NCBI GenBank assembly: GCA_028534125.1
Contig: CM052818.1
Location: forward strand, 25,298,001 to 25,362,000
Origin: Lama glama
Lineage: Eukaryota
Length of the DNA: 64,000 bases
Reading direction: 5' to 3'
Position numbers and translations under genes: made by a program. Of the stretch, positions 26,901-38,857 are shown one piece after another (position 1 is the stretch's first letter; every line of letters starts with the position of its first letter). The notes under the pieces were generated by a model. That model had not been told where the DNA came from. It was given only the letters and a program-made list of their open reading frames with translations, and searched no databases.

Positions 26901-27687
26901 TTAGTCCTGTAGTGGAATTGTAACTTTTATTTTCCTATATAATATTTTGTATTTTCCAAATTCTCTGATGAGCATGTTAAAAATAGCATTGGCATTTTCT
27001 ACTTCCAAAAATAATTTAGGTTTCTTGTAGGCAATCTGGAAAATACAGATAAACCCAAAGCAGAAAAGAAGTCATTCATGATCTGACTACCCTGAGATAA
27101 TAATTGTTGCCTTTTAGGTACATTTTTAAACACTTTTTCTCTGTGTATGTGTGTGTGTCTTTTACAAAAAATTATGCTGGCCATAATCTTTGTAACTGCC
27201 CTTTGTCACTTAAATGTATTGTGAACATTAAAAAATTTCACTAAACACTCTTTGTTCTTTGGCTACACAGGACAATAATTTATATATAGGATTCAGTTAC
27301 CAGTTTTCGCTTTTTATAATTAATGTACTGAACATTTGTATGACTAAATCTTGATGCATATATACTGTACAATATTTTCATCTGGGTTAACAGCTAGAAA
27401 TGGAACTGCTGAGTCAGATGGTCTGCAAAATGTTAATGCTTGATACTTATTGCCAAGACATTCTTAAGAAAAGATTTAGCAAGTTTTCTTCCCAGCAGTG
27501 GGATGAGAAAGTGGTCATTTTCCAGACTTCCCGCAGTGGCAGGTGTTAGTAATCTGGAAACTGACTTTTATTTTTTCTCTTAGTAGGAAAATGCTCAATG
27601 CTGAGTATAGAAAACTTAGAATGTACACATAAGCAAAGAAAAGTAAGATCATTAAGGATCTCATCAACTGCTGATTCTATATGTATG

Positions 27688-27709
27688 CGTGTGTGTGTGT
27701 GTGTGTGTG
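27688..27709. repeat. (GT)n microsatellite
   Basis: Directly visible in the sequence. Confidence 0.9.
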
Positions 27710-28139
27710 CGCTCAAGCACATGTACGTATTTGCTGTATAATTTAACAAAATTAAATCATGTAATAAATAGCAGCTAATATTTATTAAACATTAACTATT
27801 TGTTAGACTCTAGGCTGTGTGTTTAAAGTAAATGAACCCCTCCACCTCTGTATAATAGTATTTTTTGTATTTAATGTGGCTTTATTTTAGAAAGGAAAAC
27901 TGAGTAGAGAGAGTAAGAAATTTGCTTTAGGTTATACAGCTAACCTGTGGCAGGGCTGAGATTAAACTATCTTATTTTTTTAGGTTCCTTGTTCTTATAT
28001 CCACCAGGAGCCCCTAGAGGGTTCCGTATTCCCTGTCACCGGAGAAGGTCAACTTTGCTAAAAGCTTAAGTACTGACCGAAACCCTTTGCTTAAAACAAG
28101 AGTATTTATTATTTGGAATTAGAAGGGTGCTTGTACATA

Positions 28140-28875
28140 AATAAGCAATTGAACAAACAAACAAATAGGGAGGGAAGGATAAATCTTCGTTATAGAAGAT
28201 TTCTAATATGTATAGATGCCGTTCCCTCCAAGCAGTGGACTTTAGTTCCCCTTCCCTGGATGAGCGTTGGACTTAGTGACTCTGTTCCGAAGAACAGAGT
28301 ATGAAAAGGGGGAAAAACAGTGACTTTGGAGTAGATGAACCTGGCAGATCCCCCCTCCCATGTGACCCATGCTAAAACATCACCTGTGATCAGTCATGTT
28401 GATGTCACGTCCCCTCGATCTGGTGTGAAGAGAAGCGTACTTCACTTTGGCAATCTCCCCCCAACCCATAACCCCAGTACCATCTTGAGAAAAAAATATC
28501 AGAGAAACCCAAACTGAGGGGCAGTCTACAAAACACCTGACCTGTACTCCTCGAAACTGCCAAGGTCGGGAATGAGAGACTAAGAATGTGTCACAGAGCA
28601 GAGGAGATGAAGGAGACGTGAGAGTGGAGTGCGGTGTGGGATCCCGGGCTGGACACTGGAACAGAAAAGGGTGTTTGTGGAAAAATGAGTGAAACCCACA
28701 TAAAATCTGGAATTAGTAGTAACATACCAGTATTGGTTTCTGAGTTTTGACAAATGTACCTTGGTAATGTAAGTTGTTAACATTAAGGGAAACTGGGTGA
28801 TGGTATAAAGGAACCATCAGACGTCTCTTTGCACCTTTTCTGTAAATCTAGAATTATTCCAAGATAAAAAGGTGT
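28140..28875 (+). mobile_element. Ancient L1M (L1MC/MD-like) 3' UTR fragment
   Basis: ggacttagtgact...agaacagagtatgaaaaggg...ttttgacaaatgtacc...ttttctgtaaatcta..attattcc. Confidence 0.65.
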
Positions 28876-29361
28876 TTTTGTTTTTGTTTTTTTAAGGAAA
28901 GGATGCCTGTTTCCACGTGAACACCGCTCATGGAGTAGAGAGATGCGGTGCCAGCTATGGCAGGCTTTTCAGCCTGTTGAGTCTGATTCAGTCTCCTCTC
29001 TTCCTGTTGTTGCTTCCCAGTTAGGGTCCAGCCTCCAGCCAGAGTGAAGCCAAGAGGGAAAACTCAGATGGGGCAGGGCAGGTGGGATCTCTTGGGCCTG
29101 ATCCCGGGGACCCCAACTAGTTTTCCTGGTTAGGGTTGGTTTTTTAGTTTCTGCAGGCCTGAAAGGCCTCTGGCCATGTTATTGGTGAGTCCATTCCTGT
29201 GATATTTCTAACTCGATTATTAACAAGCAAAGGAGGTGGCAGTGAAGTCCACTCCTAGGTTGACCTCAAGGAGCAGGGAAGTCTGGGGTTGGATGCTCCC
29301 ACTACAGTGCTGCCTGACTTCACAAGTGAGCATGGAAGAGAAAATGTGTTAAGATCACCAA

Positions 29362-29780
29362 GCCCTTCCAACATGGGCCCTGCAGAATGGCTCCCACAAT
29401 GAAGGGTGGAGAGAAGGGTGGTTCTGTCATCAGCGAGGTAGTCACCAGAGAATACGCCATCCATGTTCGCAAGTACGTCATGGAGGAGGCCTCAGGAAGA
29501 GTGCTCCTCAGGCACTCCAAGAGGTCCTGAAATTTGCCTCAAAAGAGGAGGGAACTCCCAATGTGCACACTGACACCAGGCTCAGCAAAGCTGTCTGGGC
29601 CAAAGGAGTAAGAAATGTCCCATATCGTGTCTGTGTGGGGTTGTCCAGAGAACATAACGAGGACGAAGATTCACCAAACAAGCTCTGTATGGTGGTTACC
29701 TTTATACCTCTCACCACTTTGAAAACCTACATGCAATGTGGATGAGAACTAATTGCTGAATGCCAAAGCCATAAAACTGA
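29362..29780 (+). pseudogene. RPL31: Processed pseudogene of ribosomal protein L31 (eL31)
   Basis: Intronless copy with a 5' UTR remnant (cttccaac...tgcagaATG), ATG at 29387, segments EVVTREY and [38 protein letters not shown], and ...NVDEN-TAA at 29750-29752. Multiple frameshifts and substitutions. Confidence 0.93.
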
Positions 29781-30877
29781 GGGAGAAAGAGAGATCACTG
29801 AGTACCCAGAGGACAATATAACCCTGTTTCTTATCTTTAGCTAGACCATCTCCCCAGTATTTCTTTAGATCGTGAACCGGGGCTGTTTCCCTGGTTACAA
29901 GGGCCAACTCACTAGGACAAAGGGCACAGTGGTTGTGTTATTCCAGGAATTTGTAATGGCAAATGCCAAGCTTTCATGTGAATATGTGTGTTACGTGTCC
30001 TAAGCATTTGGAATAGACTATTTGTAGACTTGTATACTACTCTAGCTCTCAACAACTCTGTAATCTGCTGCTTTCTTTTTTTCCCCCTTGATAAATCACG
30101 AACATCTATTTATGTTATTAAATGTTCTACAAATCTTTCACAAATGCAATCTTCTCAAAATGACTAGATAAATTAGGGGACACATATCAAAGGAATACTC
30201 TATGGTTATTTAAAGGAATGAGGTAGCTCTCTACGTGCTTGTATTGAACAATCTCTAAGAAGAATTTAGTGTAAAAAGCCAAGGGCAGAGCAGTGTGTAC
30301 AGTGTTGCTACCATAAAAGAAAAATATATACACATGTATATAATATGATATATATATATATATTTGGAAGAATGTCTCTGGAAGGATTAGAAGGGAAACT
30401 GGTATCTGTTGCCTTCAAGGAGGAAACTCAGTGGCTGGAAGATAGGTGTGAAAAGGGTTCATTTTTTTTTTTTACTGAATAGCCTTTTACATCTTTTTAA
30501 AAATTTTGTAAGACACTGATGAATTATTTACTTTAAAGGTATAATTTTTTTAATTACATCATAGTTAATGCCTGCCTAGTATATACATTAGGCTATTTCC
30601 AATTATCACTATTATATATAATGCTTCATGCCACATTACTTAGTTGCTAAGTCTGGGCCTACATTATGCTAATTTCCTTCAAATAAATTACTGCAAATGA
30701 AATTGTTGGATCAAAACATTTTTAGGATTTTTTTAATATGTTTTGGTATGTTTTGCTGAACTTTCCAGAAGTGAACTTAAATATATTTTATTTGCCTAGA
30801 CCCTCAGTAACAGGAAAGAGGTTTTGTTTTGTTTTGTTTTGTTTTCCACTTTGGTAGGATAAAATATAATGGAATAT

Positions 30878-30923
30878 ATCTATATCTATATCTATATCTA
30901 TAGATATAGATATAGATATAGAT
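30878..30923. repeat. Perfect 46-bp palindrome (ATCTAT)n/(ATAGAT)n
   Basis: 23-nt arms 30878-30900 and 30901-30923 are exact reverse complements with no spacer. Confidence 0.92.
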
Positions 30924-31119
30924 CCGTATACAGTTTGCGTTGTTTCATGAGGAGCACATGTGTGGATGGTAAGTTTTCCAAATTCTTGTGTATATGAGTA
31001 TTTCTTCATAGTTTTATCTGTTATATATTTTAGAGTCAGAATAATTTTCTCTCGCCACTGTGAAGACAGGGCTCCATTAACTTGTGGTCTTAAGTCTGAC
31101 ATTATCTGACTTAGACTCT

Positions 31120-31450
31120 TTGTAACCACCTCAGAATCTTAGTGGGTCACACCTGCTCACGTAACTGGCCGTCGGCTGCGGTTCGGCTGCTGCTGCTCTG
31201 CTCCGAGCGAGCGGCGGCTTGAGAGCGAGCGTCTGCGTCTTCTTCAGACACTGAGGCTAATGCAGCGCCTCCCGCAGGGGAATGTGCCCTTCTCCTGGCT
31301 GAGGGCACAGGAGCAATACACCTGGGGGAACCCCGCAGTGCCTCTAGAATGTTCTGTTCAGGAGCGATGCAGGTCACGTCTGCCCACAGTCTGATGATGC
31401 TTAAGGCAAATCTCTGGGCCGAGCAAATTACAGGGGAGGGAGTGAATGAG
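31120..31450 (-). mobile_element. Degenerate MLT1 (ERVL-MaLR) LTR, CpG-rich
   Basis: gtcacgtctgcccaca...aaggcaaatc..gggcc..ggggagggagtgaa resembles the MLT1J-type segment. Confidence 0.4.
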
Positions 31451-32375
31451 CCTTCTCCTTGAAATTCTGAATTTTTTTTCTAGAAAGTGTCCAGATGTAA
31501 AATCACCTTCTTAATTTTTACAAAAATTCAACTCACACAAAACAATTTGTGGGTAGTTGTCTTTACTAAGCGTTAGAAGAAAATGAGAGGACAGGATTTA
31601 CGGCAGAAAAAGAACGCTTCGAATTTGAATTTTGACATTCCCGGGTATAAAAGCCCTTCGACCCCCCCTCCCACGGGGGTCTTGTTGCCACCTCGCGCCC
31701 GGAGCGACCGTACTACTACGTACTACTACGTCTTCTCCCTCCTGTCTCTCCTCCTCACTCCCTCCGTCTCTTCGGTTCTTGGAATTTGGGGATTGGTGCT
31801 CTGGAACTGGAGCAGGAAGTGGGTGACCTGACGGAAGAAGATCAAAAGTGCCTCTTTCCCTTATCTTTTGCTGCCTAGCAAACCAGCCCAAAACTTAGCG
31901 GCGGAGGACAACAGCCATTTTATTATCTCTCCCAATTCTGCAGGCGGGCTGCAGTTCAGCGGGGTGGGGGTCTCCGCTGCTCTCATTCCGGGTCTCTCGT
32001 GCTGCTGTGGTCAGATAGCGGAGGGGCTGGGGCGTCCAGGGCGGCTCCCCGCACGTGTCCGGCTAAAAGGCTGGGCCCACGTGAGACGCTGGGGCAGCCA
32101 CCTCTCTCTCTACCCTGTGATCTCAGCCCTTTTCTCTTCCCTGGCGATCTCTCCACAAAACGCCTCCTACACGTTTGCTCTAGGCTCCAAGATACACAAA
32201 AGCAGGAGCAGCCAGGCCTTCCTAAAGCCTAGGCCCGGATGGCGCAGGCTGTCACTTGTGCCACTTTTCACTGGTTAAAGTGAGTCCCAGGGCCAGCCCC
32301 GGTTCGTTGGGGCAGGAGAAAACCCAGAAGCGGGGACAGCTGTGCTGGGGGCTGCCTTTGGAGAAAGATACCACA
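31140..32375. promoter_or_regulatory. Orphan CpG-rich promoter-like region with TATA box
   Basis: CpG-rich against AT-rich flanks, TATAAAAG at 31646-31653, ETS-like CAGGAAGT and CGGAAG at about 31814-31838. Confidence 0.5.
31860..32375 (-). mobile_element. MLT1 (ERVL-MaLR) solo LTR, unusually CpG-rich
   Basis: ttgctgcctagcaaaccagcccaaaacttagcggc...aacagccattttattatctctc...tgtcactt.tgccac...ctttggaga...ccaca follows the MLT1 consensus in reverse. Confidence 0.7.
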
Positions 32376-33990
32376 ATGCTTTAACACAACAGTTCATGGC
32401 ATTCATGCCTTTGTTAAGTGTGCTTACAAAGTGGTCATAAAAGCTAATACCATCTGGCATTATTAAATATTAAAGTGTTGATATTAAACTAAATATTTAT
32501 TATTACTTTGCTTTTATTATTGATTGAAGATTTTGGTCACTTTTACTCCTCATTCCCACCTTGCCTTCCCTTGCAAATAGATACAGGATGATGTAGTTCC
32601 TCTGCTGGACACCTTTATACCTTGAATATACCTACACTTTGTAAAATCAATCAGCTATTCTCAGTTCATAAGGCTGGAGACATTTATTGCTCCGTCACCT
32701 CTCCTCTCTCTAACTTCTTTCGGCTATAATTTGCAACGTCAAGGTTGATTACATTCACAGTATTCTGCATTTAGGCTTGTTTTCCATGCTTCTCTGTGGA
32801 CTGATTCTAAAAGTTCACAAACAATAGGCAGTCAGGGCAGGCCTTGTGGACCACTGTGAGCACTTGGACTTGGACTTTGAATGAGACGGGGAGCCCTTTG
32901 AATCCTCTTCTGCTGACCCTCAGCCCTGACTCTGCTGGCCACCTGCTGTAAGTGTTTTTTAAATGAAAGAAAGAAGGGGAAGGAAAAGAGGCGGAGGGGA
33001 AGGAAAAGTCTGTGGCAATTTCAATCCACTACACCTGCTTCGGAGAGCGTGGATGTTAAGGGTGGGGTGATCTTAACAGGAGTACTAGGGAGAACCATCC
33101 GAGTCCTGGTCACTGCACATCTAAATAGAACGGTATGATTACGTTTCCTTTTCCCCTAAATGATGCATGCCAAAAAAAAAGTGTTACTCTCATTTGATGA
33201 ATAGCTGATGTGTGTGTGTAGAACTTTGTATTAGAAATAATTTCCCTTTTAATCATTTTTCCCTCATAATTTTAAAGGTATTATTGCATGGTATTCTAGC
33301 ATCTAGTCACGCTGACAAGAAATTTGAGGTAACTTTGATTCTCATTTCTTTATAGATTACCTGGTTTTCCTTTATTCTCTTAAAGTTTTTAGCACTTTCC
33401 TCCTTATCCTCAGTCGTCAGGATTTTCACCATGCTGAATCCAGCTGTGGGCTTGTTTCCTCCCTTCCTGCCTCCAAACCTTCCTTCCTTGTTCTTTCGTG
33501 TCTTTCAGTGCTGGGAAATGCTTATATATTATTTCTTTTACAATTGTCTTTCCTCTGTTTTCTCTGTTCATTCTTTCTGTAACAATAAGTCAGGTGTTGG
33601 ACCACTTGGATTGATGCTTTGTGTCTCTAAACCTTTCTGTACCATTTTCCATCTCTTTTGCTTTCCTCTAAGGTCATTTGTTTCTATCATGGTCTCTTCT
33701 TTTCTGTTTCATAATTTTTTTTTTCTCGTAAATCTGCATATGTGGGCAAAACTTGTTGATTGACGGCTCCCCTTAAAGGCGAACAGCTGAGGAACTGCTG
33801 GAATTCCTTTGTTTTCTCCTTATAAAGCCATCCGTTGGGGGGACCCCTCTATTGTGTGCCAGGGATTGGGTGGGAGAAATAGACATTTGTTGCAGGTGTT
33901 GCACGGGTGGCGTCACAGAGGCAGGTGGGTGGGGCTGACTGTCCCACGTTCAGATGGGAATTAATACCTGTCTTTTCAGCTCCCTATCTT

Positions 33991-34188
33991 TTTTTTTTAA
34001 TTGATTCATAATCATTTTACAGTGTTGTGTCAAATTCCAGTGTTCAGCACAATTTTTCAGTCATTCATGGACATATACACACTCATTGTCACATTTTTTC
34101 TCTGTGATTTATCATAACATTTTGTGTATATTTCCCTGTGCTATACAGTGTAATCTTGTTTATCTATTCTACAATTTCGAAATCCCAG
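33991..34188 (-). mobile_element. Young 5'-truncated camelid L1 3' end with 16-bp TSD
   Basis: TSD ttcagctccctatctt at 33975-33990 and 34189-34204. Homologous to the 18020-18323 copy. Confidence 0.9.
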
Positions 34189-36139
34189 TTCAGCTCCCTA
34201 TCTTACTTCCTCTCTGAACCTGGCATTTCCAAGCCATCTTTCCTAAGACCTTTAAGGCATTTCACCTTTCTCCAGAGCAGTATCCCTTCTTCCATACTCC
34301 CGGCTGTAACTGTCCACATTTTATTAACATTTAGCCTCTCCCCATCCATTTGCCGTCTTTCATAGACCTGTTCAAACGTCTTCATCTGCTGTGGCTTCCC
34401 CTCCAGTTCTCTTTTTCATTTTGGGTTTCTTTGAAGCTACTCAAGTGGAAAGCCTGAGGTCTATCAATTTCTCTGCTTAGAAAGCACAACCTCATGTAAA
34501 AGAGAAAAGGGGGAAATATCCCATATTTGAGAAACCATTTTCTTTCTCGCCCTGTGTTCCTTTCTTGATCTAGAAACCTAAACCATTTACAGTCTTTTGA
34601 CAGAGTGGGAAATGAGCTTCCACCCTTTCTTCCACCTCTGCTCACCCACTCTTTCTGAAGAGGAGTGAATCATCTGATAGGCAAGGTCAGGGGAAGGGTC
34701 TGGTGTGTGTCTGGGCCCCTTCTTGGCTTTCTAGAATCAGCCTATCCTGGGCAGACCGGAATCCTGTCTCGGGCAGACTGAGTGAATCTAGTGTTAGCAG
34801 AGAGTAGTGAAAGAGCCCTGGGGGTTGTCTCCTGAGGTGATTCTCCATCTAGAAAAGACAGTGATATCATTACCCATTTCTGATGGCATTACCCTTCAAT
34901 TTCACAAACGTCATTAAAATATTATTAAATATTTCTTATCCATTTAGAACTTAAGTGCAGAGTACTTACAAGGAGTGTATTAAAGTGATGGATGGATTTC
35001 TTGGTTTGGGGTGGGCTTGAGCCAAAAGAAGTATGATTAACTCCCAAAAAACAGAACAAGAGTTATGCCAAGTTATCTCCAAGTCAATCTGGGTATATTT
35101 TATTACCCACAAAGTGGAAAAAAAATATTTTTAGAATTCCAAAAAAGGAAAATGTCAAAGTGTAACAAGGTACTTCATGTGAGATTGGACTGCAGAATGT
35201 TTTGAATTCTTAGTGGAGAGAGACTGAAAAAGAATTAGACTGAACTTGGTTTAGGATACCGTGGGCTCTTGGTACCTCCTAGGTGGTGTAATTTATGACT
35301 GAATAACTTAGACATGGAGAAATACACTATCATACTGTTTGCCATTGGTTTTTGCCCTCTGTTAGGGGTGGGAGGGAATAGGATTTCCCGTAAGGGAAAT
35401 TGATATTCTGCTATTGACCATCCTTGCATCGGATAAAGAGAGACTCAAAGTGCTTTCATTACAAGGTGGAGCCATAGAAGGGGTAAAGCAGACCAGCAGT
35501 AATGCAAAGCAAGGTGGGGCTGGTGTGGCACTGAAGATTTACCTGCTAAGCTGCTGCCTCAGAGTGATTTCCTTTCTTTGTCCCACAATTTTTTGTCATG
35601 TCTCATTAAAAACTATAGCCTGGTATCAATGTATACTGAGAAATTAATGAGCTCCATGTAAATGTGATGGGGCAGCTAAGGAAAGAGCAGTCAACGGATA
35701 ATAGCTAAAGTGATTCTATTGGAGAAAAACCTAACATCCATAATAAGGAGATTCCAAAATCCTGTGGTTCAAGCTACATTTAAGTTGACTGCTCTGACCC
35801 ATGACAGTCCAAGTGGGAGCTCCAGACCTAGACACCGCTACTCCACACAGACACCTAGGGCCCTGTGGTGATGAGGGTGCTGCCACCCATTACGTGTAGT
35901 GTCCAAGATTATCTAGTCATCACCATTCAAGCCAAAAGGAAGAGTGAGGAGGGAAAGTCTAGGGCTCTTAAGAGTAGAAAATGGAACTTCCCCCACATCA
36001 CCCTTCCATGGGTTGGAGCTTAGCATCCTGGGAGCAAGGAAGGATGGTATGAAAAAAGAGAATGTAAAGTACCTCAATAATAATTTTCTACCAATTACAT
36101 GTTATAATAATATTTTGGATATATTGGGTTTAAAAAAGT

Positions 36140-36720
36140 TTTAGCACATACTCCTTATATATATTTACCAACTTTTAATAACACACGTATAAACACCAAG
36201 CTAAATCATGTGCATAAGAAAATATTCCAGTTATTATTGATACAAAAATTTTGCTCTCACAAATAATATTAGGGGTAACAATATAATTAATAAAGGCAAT
36301 ATAATTGATTTAGCACTTTGCAATGGAACAAAGGTCCGTTCTCTATTCAGTTTGTTTCAATATATTCTTTTAAATTCTGTCAAAGGTAAAAAAAATACTT
36401 CAAAACGATGTGTAGAAATAGATTATTGGCTGCATTTACTAAATCATAATACTTATTTTTCAATTCTATCTAATAATTGTGTAAATGTTTTGTTAAAATT
36501 TGTTTAGGAAAGACCTTTAGGAAAGGTTGATCAATTATTCTTAGAAATTAATTGGATATTGTCAAATTTCTATTTTTAACAAGGATATTTAAAACCTATT
36601 GAAACTCTTACTTTATGAGATTTTAAAACATGTTAGAAAATTCTGTTTCCAGGTTTTTCATATGTGCGCATACACAGGTTTTTATTGAAACATTTAATTA
36701 TGTTGTTTGAAGTATTTAAA
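36140..36720 (-). mobile_element. hAT-Charlie transposase C-terminal relic
   Basis: Minus-strand translation near 36420-36340 gives STHRFEVFFLPLTEFKRIY*NKLNRE, resembling the hAT dimerisation motif STYLCExxFSxLxxIKTKYRNKL. Confidence 0.6.
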
Positions 36721-36754
36721 AAATCATATAGTGACTGGTACCCACTTTAAAAAG

Positions 36755-37000
36755 GTACCTAGAAGAGACAAATTAAAAGAGATAAAAAGTAGAGTAGTGG
36801 TTACTGGAGGCTGGAGGAGAGGGGAATGGGGAGTTATTAATTAATGGGTCCAGAGTTTCAGTTTGGGATGTTGAAAAAGTCCTGGAAAGAGAGAGTGGTG
36901 ATGTTTGTACAACACCGTGAATGTACTTAATGACACTGAATTGTATGCTTAAAAATGGTTAAATGATAAATTTTATATTTTACCACAATCACAAAAAACA
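36755..37000 (+). mobile_element. L1MB-like 3' end
   Basis: gtagagtagtggttactggaggctgg...ttaatgggtccagagtttcagtttggg...aatgtacttaatgacactgaattgt. Confidence 0.75.
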
Positions 37001-37267
37001 AAAGAAGGAACAAACTACTGATACAACATGAATGAGAGACTTGTCATCTCAATGACATTATGTTGAGCAAAAGAATCCAGACAGAAAGGAGAGTACCTAG
37101 TGCACAATTCCCTTTACAGATTCAGAACCAGTCTATCCAACCTATGGGAAGGAAGTCATCACAGTGGTTACTTGGAGTTAGGCTGGCGTAAGATTGATTG
37201 GAAAAGAGCACAAGGGAATTTTCTAGAGTGATGAAAATGTTCTATATCTTGATTGGTGTTACACAGA

Positions 37268-37690
37268 TGTCGACTGAAAAAAAAAAAAAACAAACCCACA
37301 ACCTAAAAGCTGAGAATTACTTTTTACTGGGGGACACAACTGAGGACTATGTAGCTCAGGAATCAGCCTCTCACATAGTTCTGAGGAATGTTCCAAAGAG
37401 GTAAGGGAGGAGCCAGGATACATAGGAGTTTTTGCTAAAAATAAAGCACGTACTGGAACATCAAAAGATTACTGCTAATCACAAAATCCAGACATCTCAA
37501 GTTAGTGATTTTAGTGCTTTTCTATGGATAGGAAGATGCAAGGGTCTGGGCTCCCAATGATTCCTTTGATATGCATCTCAACCATGTAGGGCCAATGTCC
37601 TGTTCAGCGCCATCCTGAAATCCCCTGGGCTTGAGGGCAGGCATAATTTGTTGTTTACCTGAATGGCAGGCAACAGTTTTTCTGTCCACA
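37268..37690 (-). mobile_element. ERV solo LTR inserted into an older L1M 3' UTR
   Basis: TG...CA termini, near-TSD caga/cagg. The flanks rejoin into the L1M motif gttacacaggtgtatgcaattgtcaaaactcat. Strand is a best guess. Confidence 0.7.
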
Positions 37691-38100
37691 CAGGTGTATG
37701 CAATTGTCAAAACTCATCTAGTATCTATGCATTGAGCTCTACATAATGTACACATCAATTAAAAACAAAACAGATGAAACAATATGATAAAATACAATAA
37801 AACAGAATTAAAATGTTTTAAATTGAAAATAAAATGTAACAAAGAGAGTTGTGAGATATTACAAGATAAAGTGGTCCAATAAAATACTGCTTCAAGAATT
37901 TAGGTTTCTCTGAGTAGCCAGAGCGCATCTCCTCAGTGCTCAGTAGAAGACATGAAAAATCCACCAATTCTCAAGAAGAGCTTAAAATATTTTCCCCTTT
38001 TGTAGTTGGTTGGTTGGTTGGTTTTAGCTACTGAGCTAAGTCAACATTTATCAGGAAAGAAACTGAACTAGTAAAGAACCTTAATCTCAACTCCAATGTA

Positions 38101-38857
38101 CAGTAGTCCCCCATTATCTACGGTTTTGCTTTCTGAGGTATCAGTTACCTGAGGTCAACAGCAGTCTGAAAATAGTAAGCGGAAAATTCCAGAAATAAAC
38201 AATTCATAAGTTTTGAATTGTCTGAATAGTGATGAAATCTCTAGCCCACACTTGGACGTGAGTCATCCCTTTGTCCAGTTAGCCACTTAGGATTATCAGA
38301 TCGAGTTATTGCAGTGCTTGTGTTCAATTCACCTTTATTTTACTTAATAATGACCTCAAAGCACATGAGTAGTGATGCTGGCAATCTGAATATGCCAAAT
38401 GCCTTTTAATTGAGAAGGTGAAAGTTCTCCACTGAATAAAGAAAGAAAAAAAATCATATGCTGAGGTTGCTAAGATTTACAGTAAGAACAAATCTTCTAT
38501 CTGTGAAATTGTGAAGAAAAGAAATTCATGTTTGTTTTGCTGTTGCACCCCAAACTTGAAAAAATTAGGGCCACAGTGCATAAGTGCTTAGTTAAGATAA
38601 AAAGGCATTAAATTTGTATAATAAGATATTTTGAAAGAGAGACACCTCACTTAACTTTTATTACACTATATTAATAACTGTTCTATTTTACTGTTATTGT
38701 TAATCTCTTCCTATGCCTAATTTATAAATTAAACTTTATCATAGGTATGTATATAGGAAAAAACATAGTATTTATAGGGCTCGCTACAATCCACGGTTTT
38801 AGGCATCCACCGGGGGTCCTGGAACACATCCCCACAGGTAAGGGGGTGTGGCTACTG
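38101..38857. mobile_element. MER44 (Tigger7-derived, TcMar) element, full length with TIRs
   Basis: TIRs cagtagtcccc / ggggg..ctactg, TA TSDs at 38099-38100 and 38858-38859. Confidence 0.85.

Noticed and set aside
29563..29745. RPL31-like ORF as a functional retrogene
   Set aside because: Frameshifts upstream and near the end, and many substitutions in a normally near-invariant protein.
30788..31129. 113-aa minus-strand ORF with an SISISIDIDID run
   Set aside because: The run is only the translation of the palindromic microsatellite.
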